Part shown: in pieces, positions 46,897-53,472 of the stretch
Position numbering within the stretch: position 1 is the stretch's first letter
Layout: each line of letters begins with the position of its first letter
Origin: a virus
Taxonomy: Duplodnaviria > Caudoviricetes
DNA: 53,472 nt
Direction: 5' to 3' (one strand)
IMG/VR virus record: IMGVR_UViG_3300031519_004379
Location: 1 to 53,472 of that record
Notes under the pieces: generated by a model
Seen by the model: only the letters and a program-made list of their open reading frames with translations
What the model was told of the DNA's origin: nothing
Databases searched by the model: none
Translations under genes and position numbers: made by a program

Positions 46897-47124
46897 TTAT
46901 GCCCCAATCAACGTACCCAGATGAGCCAGAGCTTTTGACCGCGCTTTCATCTCTTTCATTGTCATAACAGCGATTTGGGGCATAAAGGAAACATTCTTAC
47001 GATTGCTATAAACATCATACAAACCGTTTTCATTGTCGATTACGGTGTATTCAGTGCCACGCGCTTCAAACGAATAGGCGTTTTTGTTGTAGTCAGTGAC
47101 GGTTGTGTTTACGATCAAGGTCAT
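46897..47124 (-). CDS. Small early hypothetical protein
   Basis: ATG 47124 downstream of the conserved early promoter. Confidence 0.55.
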   Translation of the reverse strand: MTLIVNTTVTDYNKNAYSFEARGTEYTVIDNENGLYDVYSNRKNVSFMPQIAVMTMKEMKARSKALAHLGTLIGA

Positions 47125-47193
47125 GTTTTCAACTTTCTCTATATTCTCTTTACTATTAATGTATAGAGAATCAAACAAAGTATGTCAACCTTT

Positions 47194-47430
47194 TTATTTG
47201 GTATCTGTTTGCAATGCTTCAAGGGCAGCGACACGCTGGATAAGATGATGAAGGGCGGCAGCTAATACTGTTGTTCCCTCCATGTGCGATATTTCCGTAC
47301 AAGGTATTTCGACCATTGACCCGTCTCCCAAGGTTAGTTGGAACTCAGTAATCTTAGTCGGCTCTGCTATGCTGAATGTGCTGTTAGTGTTTAGGGTTTC
47401 TGAAGTGACGTTGCTGACGTAGCCGTTCAT
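47194..47430 (-). CDS. Hypothetical protein
   Basis: 78 aa ORF with AAGGA RBS. Confidence 0.5.
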   Translation of the reverse strand: MNGYVSNVTSETLNTNSTFSIAEPTKITEFQLTLGDGSMVEIPCTEISHMEGTTVLAAALHHLIQRVAALEALQTDTK

Positions 47431-47442
47431 TAGTTAGTATCC

Positions 47443-47631
47443 TTATCCAAATTCTATTACTTCCATTGTGTAAGCCATCCTATGGTGGCCCTGTGAAATG
47501 CCAAAGTTTAATGCGTCTTGTTCGTTATCAAAGGGGCCGTGATAGGCTACCCTCTTGAAAGAGAACACATTCCCATCGTGGTCATAATCATCAACAAACC
47601 TATCCTTCTGGATAACGTGTAAGTAGTACAT
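47443..47631 (-). CDS. Hypothetical protein
   Basis: 62 aa; HGPFDNEQDA motif. Confidence 0.5.
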   Translation of the reverse strand: MYYLHVIQKDRFVDDYDHDGNVFSFKRVAYHGPFDNEQDALNFGISQGHHRMAYTMEVIEFG

Positions 47632-47651
47632 TGTATTCCAACCTTTTTATT

Positions 47652-47735
47652 TGGTATCAGTTGAGGAATCGAACCTCACGACTAGATGGTATGACGCCTG
47701 ATAATACCTTGTTAGTCTGCAAACCTGCACCGACA
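47652..47735 (-). ncRNA. tRNA-like RNA with expanded anticodon arm
   Basis: T-arm TGAGG-TTCGATT-CCTCA, 3' ACTGATACCA, 5' TGTCGGT; GACTA...TAGTC stem with oversized interior. Confidence 0.5.
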
Positions 47736-47906
47736 TATTAGCAGGATAAAGTGGCTATACACCAAAGGAGAGCCTGTTAAGGTTGTCCTTTGTCCCTAAG
47801 TCCCTTGGCAGCGATCAACCTGCCTCACCGTGTAAACATTCACGGTTCCCTTCATTATCCCTAGCACGAAGCTGTATATGGGTGAAGGTGGACTAAGCTT
47901 TAATCT

Positions 47907-47994
47907 TGGCAGAGAGACGGGGATTCGAACCCCGGGAACCTTGCGGTTCGGTAGTTTTCAAGACTACTAGTTTCAACCACTCACTCACCTCTCC
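47907..47994 (-). tRNA. tRNA-Ser(UGA)
   Basis: Cloverleaf, anticodon arm GTAGT-CTTGAAA-ACTAC, long variable arm, CCA. Confidence 0.95.
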
Positions 47995-48068
47995 GTTACT
48001 GAGCCGCAGGAGTTGGCTCGAATGTCGTCTAGCATTACCACGGGCGTCCCTCGTATCTAGATCAAACT

Positions 48069-48142
48069 TGGCGAGGGTGCAGAGAGTCGAACTCTGGCTT
48101 GCGGTTTTGGAGACCACCGTGCTACCGTAACACTTCACCGAC
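48069..48142 (-). tRNA. tRNA-Trp(CCA) with mismatched acceptor stem
   Basis: GTGGT-CTCCAAA-ACCGC anticodon arm, TTCGACT loop, CCA end. Confidence 0.8.
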
Positions 48143-48149
48143 GTTTATC

Positions 48150-48452
48150 TTATGGCGCTAAGCTAACCATCTCTGCTGCAAATGTTTCAAAAAGAACTTC
48201 TTCAGCAATGTTGTCTTTAACGATACAAGGCGCGAAATTGTTGTGTGTTGGGTTTGTATCGATATGGTAAGTTCCGTCTTCATTCCGATTTACGGAAACT
48301 TTTTTGTTATCAGAAGTGTAAGTCCACAAGTGCAAATCAAGACCGTTCTTGGTGCTCCAACTAGAGACCCGTCCGTAATCAGTATGGTCAAACCCTTGGG
48401 CTTTCATCAATTCGTTGATCTGTGTGCCGACATTTCTCATTGTGATTCTCAT
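48150..48452 (-). CDS. Small early hypothetical protein
   Basis: 100 aa, preceded by the conserved early promoter. Confidence 0.6.
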   Translation of the reverse strand: MRITMRNVGTQINELMKAQGFDHTDYGRVSSWSTKNGLDLHLWTYTSDNKKVSVNRNEDGTYHIDTNPTHNNFAPCIVKDNIAEEVLFETFAAEMVSLAP

Positions 48453-48519
48453 TTTCTTTGTTGTTACTCATACTGTATAGAATCAAAACATAGTAGTGTC
48501 AACAGTTAATTTAAAAAAA

Positions 48520-48595
48520 TGGCTCCTCTTGTTGGACTCGAACCAACGACACACGGATTAACAGTCCGATGCTCTACCAACTGAGCTAAAGAGGA
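48520..48595 (-). tRNA. tRNA-Asn(GUU)
   Basis: TCCTCTT/AAGAGGA acceptor, CTGTTAA loop, CCA. Confidence 0.95.
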
Positions 48596-48601
48596 ATATA
48601 G

Positions 48602-48734
48602 TTTCTGTTTTATATATGTTACGGTTGGAATCGAACCAACATAATCCCCTTTCCTGTAACGTACCGGGTTCATTAGCGCCAGCCAGACTGTGTTACTTTC
48701 CTCGCAGTCCTACATAACATATATAAAACAGAAA
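48602..48734 (-). ncRNA. Structured RNA: about 22-bp closing stem plus tRNA T-arm
   Basis: TTTCTGTTTTATATATGTTATG pairs with CGTAACATATATAAAACAGAAA; GTTGG-TTCGATT-CCAAC inside. Confidence 0.55.
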
Positions 48735-48749
48735 TATGGCTAGTTAATA

Positions 48750-48856
48750 AGATTGTGGGTGGAGTTGAACCAAGCAAGACTAATTGCTCTTTACCCTATT
48801 AAACACTGTAGTCATGCCTTTACCTCTGGCCAGTGCTTTTCAAACCGTTACAACCT
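48750..48856 (-). ncRNA. Degenerate tRNA-like RNA
   Basis: AGGTTGT/ACAATCT terminal stem; TGG-TTCAACT-CCA T-loop; no CCA tail. Confidence 0.35.
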
Positions 48857-48898
48857 AATAAACTATCCACCGTTTCTTGCCGATGTTTCTTGCCGATG

Positions 48899-48974
48899 TG
48901 GTGCTGCAACGAGGATTCGAACCCCGGACATCTTCATTACAAGTGAAGCGCTCTACCAACTGAGCTATTGCAGC
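48899..48974 (-). tRNA. tRNA-Thr(UGU)
   Basis: CTTCA-CTTGTAA-TGAAG anticodon arm, CCA. Confidence 0.95.
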
Positions 48975-48985
48975 GTTATTTTGTT

Positions 48986-49069
48986 TGGTACGAGTAAAAG
49001 GACTTGAACCTTCACGCCTTGCGGCACTAGAACCTAAATCTAGCGTGTCTACCATTCCACCATACTCGC
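48986..49069 (-). tRNA. tRNA-Leu(UAG)
   Basis: CTAGA-TTTAGGT-TCTAG anticodon arm, variable arm, CCA. Confidence 0.95.
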
Positions 49070-49109
49070 TTACTTAAAACAACATAACATCAAACGGTTG
49101 AAATGTCAA

Positions 49110-49511
49110 TCAATAATTGATAAATTTATCAGGACTTTTGAAGTTTTTCTTGCGCATGATTGTTTTCATAACAACATCGAACTCATCGTTCTTTGCGTCA
49201 TACTTAACAGCCACAGGAATATTCAAATCTTTTTGGATGTCTTTGAGAACAGCTTCAGCACCAGCAACACCCTTGAGTGACTTGCCTTGTTTTGCGTAAA
49301 CTTTCTTGATGAACTCAGCCAATTCCTTGAGTGTGATGCAGGGCGTGTTGCGCTCATCGCTCATCCGATCACCAAAGTGACGCGTGAAGTTGAAGTCGAT
49401 GTTATACTTCTTGAAAAGTTGATCTACAATTTTCTCGAACTGTTTGATCTGTTGCATACCAATTAAATCGCATGAAGATGCTTCTGTGATATGTTGCTTA
49501 AATGATTTCAT
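49110..49511 (-). CDS. Hypothetical protein with capsid-targeting-like N-terminus
   Basis: MKSFKQHITE; FTRHFGDRMSDERN, KTIMRKKNF. Confidence 0.7.
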   Translation of the reverse strand: MKSFKQHITEASSCDLIGMQQIKQFEKIVDQLFKKYNIDFNFTRHFGDRMSDERNTPCITLKELAEFIKKVYAKQGKSLKGVAGAEAVLKDIQKDLNIPVAVKYDAKNDEFDVVMKTIMRKKNFKSPDKFINY

Positions 49512-49514
49512 GTG

Positions 49515-50276
49515 CTATCTCCCTTGAATGGCCTTAAATAGGTCACCCCTGTTATTTTTAAGATGTCCCGAAATTTCAGCAAAAACGTGTGGCTCAACAA
49601 GTGAACCTAAGTTTCGCGTAATCCCTTTAGTGGTCCGACTTACCTTTTTTGTGTGGTGTAAATTTGTCGGGACCATACCAGCCAATATTATTTTGTATGG
49701 TACATAATCTCTTGCGTCCAATGCATCAAAATCTGCTTTGATCTGTGCGCTGTTCTTTTTGGCTGTGGCTTCGCTGTATAATGCCACAGATGCCCTGCTA
49801 TCTTTGTGGACAAACATCACAACGAAATGCCTTTTCAAGTCTTGTGTAAATTCATCTGAAAGTTCAGATTTGTCCATCACCTCAGTTTCTGGGATTGACA
49901 GGTTGAACTTAGTGTTCAATTCTCTGCGCTTAGAGTTGAATACAGGCCCATGTTGGCTGATTTCGTGTACGCCTTGATGGGCAACCCAAACATGAACCAT
50001 CTCATGCAACAAAATCACACTAAAAGCTTCGTCACTTCTTGCATAAAGATTGGAGATTTTTAGATGCTTGATACCAACAATCTTAACAGCGCCTGTGGAA
50101 CGAGTCTTCATAACTGTAATGGAAACTTCACCACCAAGCTTCTTACTCTTATACCAACCAATAGGGAAGTCAGTCGGTAGTTCACCGCCAAAGTATAGGG
50201 TGTTGTAAGCACTATATGCTTTCTTCAAATCAAACTTTGAAGCCGCCTCAGCCAAGTGAGACTTAAACGATTTCAT
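49515..50276 (-). CDS. SprT-like zinc metalloprotease with capsid-targeting-like N-terminus
   Basis: MKSFKSHLAE; YN.LYFGGELP; LLHEMVH; HGPVF. Confidence 0.8.
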   Translation of the reverse strand: MKSFKSHLAEAASKFDLKKAYSAYNTLYFGGELPTDFPIGWYKSKKLGGEVSITVMKTRSTGAVKIVGIKHLKISNLYARSDEAFSVILLHEMVHVWVAHQGVHEISQHGPVFNSKRRELNTKFNLSIPETEVMDKSELSDEFTQDLKRHFVVMFVHKDSRASVALYSEATAKKNSAQIKADFDALDARDYVPYKIILAGMVPTNLHHTKKVSRTTKGITRNLGSLVEPHVFAEISGHLKNNRGDLFKAIQGR

Positions 50277-50875
50277 CTACCTTTTCCTTCAAATTCTTTT
50301 AATTTTACACGAATTGCTGCAATCATTTTTTTCTGAGTGCCAGTCAAAGTTCTATTTTTTTCAAGTTCGTTCATAGTTTCGGTTGTTGCTGTATGGTATT
50401 TTTTCGCCCAAGCAGGACTTCTTGCTGTGGTCAAGTCACTAACGTTGTGCAGACGATCTGCCAATTTAACAACCAATGCCCAATCAGACATACCAGACAT
50501 CTTGTCTTTTAAATATTGGGTCTTGCCCTTTTCTTTGAAGGCAGCGCCCTTTTCATCAGAGGTAAGTTCTTTGACCAAGGACGCAACAAGACCACCAAAC
50601 ATTTTAGTCAAATCTTCTTCTGTGGCGTTAGTATCCTCAATCGTATCATGCAAGTAAGCAGCGCTAATCAATGCTTCAAGGTTATGAGACTTTTTGAATT
50701 CTTTGACGATCTTGGCGACCTCTACAGGATGCGAGATATAAGCAGCACCATCAGAACGCGTTTGTTTTCTATGAGCCTTTGAAGCAAACCTCAATGCTTT
50801 TTGAGATTGTGAGAGAGTAGCACCCTTGGCTTCCACCATGGTTTTCTCTGCAACAAAGTCTTTGAAATTCTTCAT
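50273..50875 (-). CDS. HD-domain (p)ppGpp-hydrolase-like protein (SAH/Mesh1 type)
   Basis: MKNFKDFVAE; AH..Q.R..G..YISHP, AAYLHDTIEDT, VKLADRLHN. Confidence 0.88.
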   Translation of the reverse strand: MKNFKDFVAEKTMVEAKGATLSQSQKALRFASKAHRKQTRSDGAAYISHPVEVAKIVKEFKKSHNLEALISAAYLHDTIEDTNATEEDLTKMFGGLVASLVKELTSDEKGAAFKEKGKTQYLKDKMSGMSDWALVVKLADRLHNVSDLTTARSPAWAKKYHTATTETMNELEKNRTLTGTQKKMIAAIRVKLKEFEGKGR

Positions 50876-50877
50876 AT

Positions 50878-51216
50878 TCATTCCTTATAGAGGTAGAAAT
50901 ATTTATCCGCCCTTTGGCAAGAATATCCCTTAATACTTTTTCCGACTCTTTCGTATATATTCGCACGTTTCTCATCAGCCACGTTAAACATATACCAACT
51001 CTCACGAGAAGACGCAACAATCTCTTGTGTCGCCTTTGCTAATTTTCTGTATAGAGCTACTGGGTTTGGGGTGTCTCCCTCAATAGTGAATACTTTGATG
51101 TATTCGATATCGCCCATCCACTCATCAATGTCGTTCTTGTACATAATGATTTCGTTGCCTTGGTTTTCGACACCATACACGAAACCTTCATGGTCTACTT
51201 CTATTTTTACGTCCAT
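50878..51216 (-). CDS. Hypothetical protein
   Basis: 112 aa; own TTGACA promoter near 51270. Confidence 0.6.
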   Translation of the reverse strand: MDVKIEVDHEGFVYGVENQGNEIIMYKNDIDEWMGDIEYIKVFTIEGDTPNPVALYRKLAKATQEIVASSRESWYMFNVADEKRANIYERVGKSIKGYSCQRADKYFYLYKE

Positions 51217-51273
51217 TACAATTCTCTCGTTTACTTTTAATCAATAAGGTAAACTAAAGGTTATGTCAATAGC

Positions 51274-52149
51274 TTACTTGTTTTTTAACGCCCTGCGTGT
51301 CTTTCTGTCAGTCAGAGAGAAACCAGAGGTTGGTGTGTATTTCGATTTCTGTTTGTCAACATTGATGCCAGCACCGCCACCACGATTATTACCCTTGTCG
51401 AAGGCTCTTTTGCCATGACGCAATAGTGCCTTAACTTCTGGTGTATCTTTCACAGCATCTTCTGCCGATCTAAAATCGTCGTATTGGCCACCAGCAATTT
51501 TCTTAGCTGAATAAAGCTTTTTGGTCATCACTTGAATTTCTGCTGTAACACCGTCAACGTCAACCAAGAAGTGAACGCTACCGTAATATCCAAACGTTTC
51601 ATCACTGCCACGTACCTTAGGTTCGAATTCTCTTACCGTCTTAAACTTCTTAAAAATGTTCTGGGATACAATTCCAACATCTTCTTCAGATGCAACAAGA
51701 ATTGAACCACGAAGCCAATCTGTAATCTTTGCTGGGTTCTTGCCACGAACAACTGTTTTGTCTACGAACGCTTTTAACTTTTTGACGTCAACAAGAATTT
51801 TTGCGCCTTGTGATATGCCCTTCGTAGAACCCTTTAGTCCACTTTCATACTTCTTGAGCCTATCCATTATCAACGGCTCATACTTAGTATAAAGGTCTAG
51901 GATTTTGTCTTTATCGTTTCCACCAGACTGGCCAGAAACTTTTGTGTCAGCCCAAGGTTGGTTTCCGCCGGGCTGTGTTTTTTTCTTTAGCTTTGAAATC
52001 ATTTGATCTGTCAAGCTTTCGTCTAGGTCTAAACCTTCAGAAATAACTTGTTTGAAGATGTTTTCTAGAATTGACTCGATATCATCGAAGTCGCCCCACA
52101 CCACATCTACATCTTTTTGCTCAGCCATAAAAGCTTTGAATGATTTCAT
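51274..52149 (-). CDS. RelA/SpoT-type nucleotidyltransferase (small alarmone synthetase-like)
   Basis: MKSFKAFMAE; VKK...DK, ITDWLRGSI, GYYGSVH, AEIQVMT match RelA_SpoT motifs. Confidence 0.65.
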   Translation of the reverse strand: MKSFKAFMAEQKDVDVVWGDFDDIESILENIFKQVISEGLDLDESLTDQMISKLKKKTQPGGNQPWADTKVSGQSGGNDKDKILDLYTKYEPLIMDRLKKYESGLKGSTKGISQGAKILVDVKKLKAFVDKTVVRGKNPAKITDWLRGSILVASEEDVGIVSQNIFKKFKTVREFEPKVRGSDETFGYYGSVHFLVDVDGVTAEIQVMTKKLYSAKKIAGGQYDDFRSAEDAVKDTPEVKALLRHGKRAFDKGNNRGGGAGINVDKQKSKYTPTSGFSLTDRKTRRALKNK

Positions 52150-52182
52150 CTCATCTCTCCGCGTGTAATTTGCATTTAATCT

Positions 52183-52190
52183 TATTTATA
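52183..52190 (-). promoter_or_regulatory. T4-type late promoter
   Basis: TATAAATA upstream of 52149. Confidence 0.65.
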
Positions 52191-52214
52191 CAAATTACAC
52201 AGTGAGGTAGATAA

Positions 52215-52634
52215 TTAAGCAGCAGAACAAACGTAAGGCTTGTCCCATTGACCGATGTTGATGTTCATGAAGTATGCGCTATCGAAGTAGTCAGTCATGA
52301 CATCATCATTGTTGTAGTAAAGAGTGCCACGCATTGCGCCACGAATTTCTTCAAGAAAGTTGTCAATCGCAGTAGGCTCATCAGTGGTCCGACCACGGTA
52401 GGCATTCTCTTGGTAGTAACCACCGACTACATGGAAGCGATTGCCGTTCCGATCAGAGTATTCTTTGTTACGCTGGTTGGCTTCACTGATAAAGTCGAGA
52501 ACACCTTCTTTGATGTTTACACTCAAAACACTATGATTACGAACAGCAATGGAGCCTTTGACCCCGTACTTTTTCATCACTGCTTTGATAGCTGGGGCAA
52601 GGGCTTTTTTCATTTCTTGGGATACATAGGCCAT
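52215..52634 (-). CDS. Conserved early hypothetical phage protein
   Basis: MAYVSQEMKK..., MTDYFD, IGQWDKPY; early promoter upstream. Confidence 0.75.
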   Translation of the reverse strand: MAYVSQEMKKALAPAIKAVMKKYGVKGSIAVRNHSVLSVNIKEGVLDFISEANQRNKEYSDRNGNRFHVVGGYYQENAYRGRTTDEPTAIDNFLEEIRGAMRGTLYYNNDDVMTDYFDSAYFMNINIGQWDKPYVCSAA

Positions 52635-52703
52635 GAAGGTCTCACTCTCGTTTGTTTCTGATTACTCATACTTTATAGAATCAAAACAAAGTAGAGTCAA
52701 CAC

Positions 52704-53057
52704 TTATTTTTTAAAAACAGCGACAAAACCAAACATTTTTCTTTTATCTTTTTTACGTGGATCAGTATCAACAACCGTTTGGCCATCACGATCTATCACC
52801 AAGACGTGACCAGAGACACGAGCAACAAAAGCGATGATATCAGGCTCAGACGCCGCCAGCTTCGCTACCTTGGCCCTAACAGAGCCTACGGTGGGGGAAC
52901 TGCCCAATTTTGACATACGGCTTCTAACAGCGTAGCCATTGCGTCTCAGGGTATCGTCCCAAACATTCTTGCCAGTACGTTCATTCCAAGTAGTACCTTT
53001 GACCCCAAAGAATTCAAGGGTAGCACTTGCACACGGTGTTTTCACTAGGACTGACAT
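52704..53057 (-). CDS. Hypothetical protein
   Basis: ATG 53057 after GAGAGAATC leader. Confidence 0.6.
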   Translation of the reverse strand: MSVLVKTPCASATLEFFGVKGTTWNERTGKNVWDDTLRRNGYAVRSRMSKLGSSPTVGSVRAKVAKLAASEPDIIAFVARVSGHVLVIDRDGQTVVDTDPRKKDKRKMFGFVAVFKK

Positions 53058-53120
53058 TTGATTCTCTCTTTTTTTGGTTACACGTATTAATAACAAAAAA
53101 GTAGTGGGGTTGTCAACCCC

Positions 53121-53444
53121 TTATTTCAGATTCCGTGGACCAGTCCAACAGACTGAGAAGTTGCCAGTCACGATATTGCCCCGTGCTGAGTTACGCGTTG
53201 GAGTGGAATGACCAGCAGGTTTCAGGATATCACCCCGAATAAACTTGGCATCGTCATCAGTGTTCACAACGAAACCCCACACACCGCCACCCCGATTTAG
53301 GATTTTGATATATTTCTTTCCTACCGTGTAGGTAAGGTTTTCGTTAAACTCTTCGATCATTTTGGCGCGAACGTCAGTTGGCTTTCCGAAGCCAGCGTAT
53401 GAACTTTTGATTGCTTCAAGCAAAGATGTCATTTCAGTTTTCAT
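53121..53444 (-). CDS. Conserved hypothetical phage protein
   Basis: GKKYIKI, VWGFV, GDILKPA, ARGNI. Confidence 0.7.
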   Translation of the reverse strand: MKTEMTSLLEAIKSSYAGFGKPTDVRAKMIEEFNENLTYTVGKKYIKILNRGGGVWGFVVNTDDDAKFIRGDILKPAGHSTPTRNSARGNIVTGNFSVCWTGPRNLK

Positions 53445-53472
53445 AACGATTCTCTCTTTTTTCTGATTACTT

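Noticed and set aside
47893-48138. ORFs 47893..48138 and 47906..48130
   Set aside because: They overlap tRNA-Ser and tRNA-Trp; shadow ORFs
48670-48710. GAGGAAAGT resembling the RNase P RNA conserved motif
   Set aside because: Element is too short and lacks the complementary P4 strand
48873-48898. 13-bp tandem duplication tttcttgccgatg next to tRNA-Thr as an att site
   Set aside because: No integrase in the window; simple slippage is sufficient
48753-49055. ORFs 48753..49007 and 48855..49055
   Set aside because: They overlap tRNA-Thr and tRNA-Leu

Overview
A 53 kb segment of a large T4-like (Tevenvirinae/Kyanoviridae-style) myophage genome. The host is probably a marine alphaproteobacterium, inferred from a two-piece permuted tmRNA, an alpha-type porin and a hemO-pcyX pair. 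Left end: T4 core replication genes (gp41, uvsX, gp32, gp59, gp33), then pcyX/hemO, porin, tmRNA and a PiT-like transporter. From 12.9 to 29.9 kb, two convergent operons behind T4 late promoters (TATAAATA) encode about 17 tailoring enzymes: cytochrome P450, flavin halogenase-like, adenylation enzyme, radical SAMs, 2OG-oxygenases, methyl-, glycosyl- and sulfotransferases and QueC-like. From 32.2 to 43.1 kb, a late operon encodes curli secretion (csgF, csgG, two curlin-repeat proteins), a FecR-domain protein, an autotransporter-like protein, a CHASE2 adenylate cyclase, a lipase and IscA. Next come a DNA methylase, hemE-hemF-hemC, and a cluster of five tRNAs interleaved with aberrant tRNA-like RNAs. 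Four nearby proteins share a T4-type capsid-targeting N-terminus, including a RelA/SpoT-like synthetase, an HD hydrolase and a SprT protease. All calls come from motif recognition by eye; no database searches were run.
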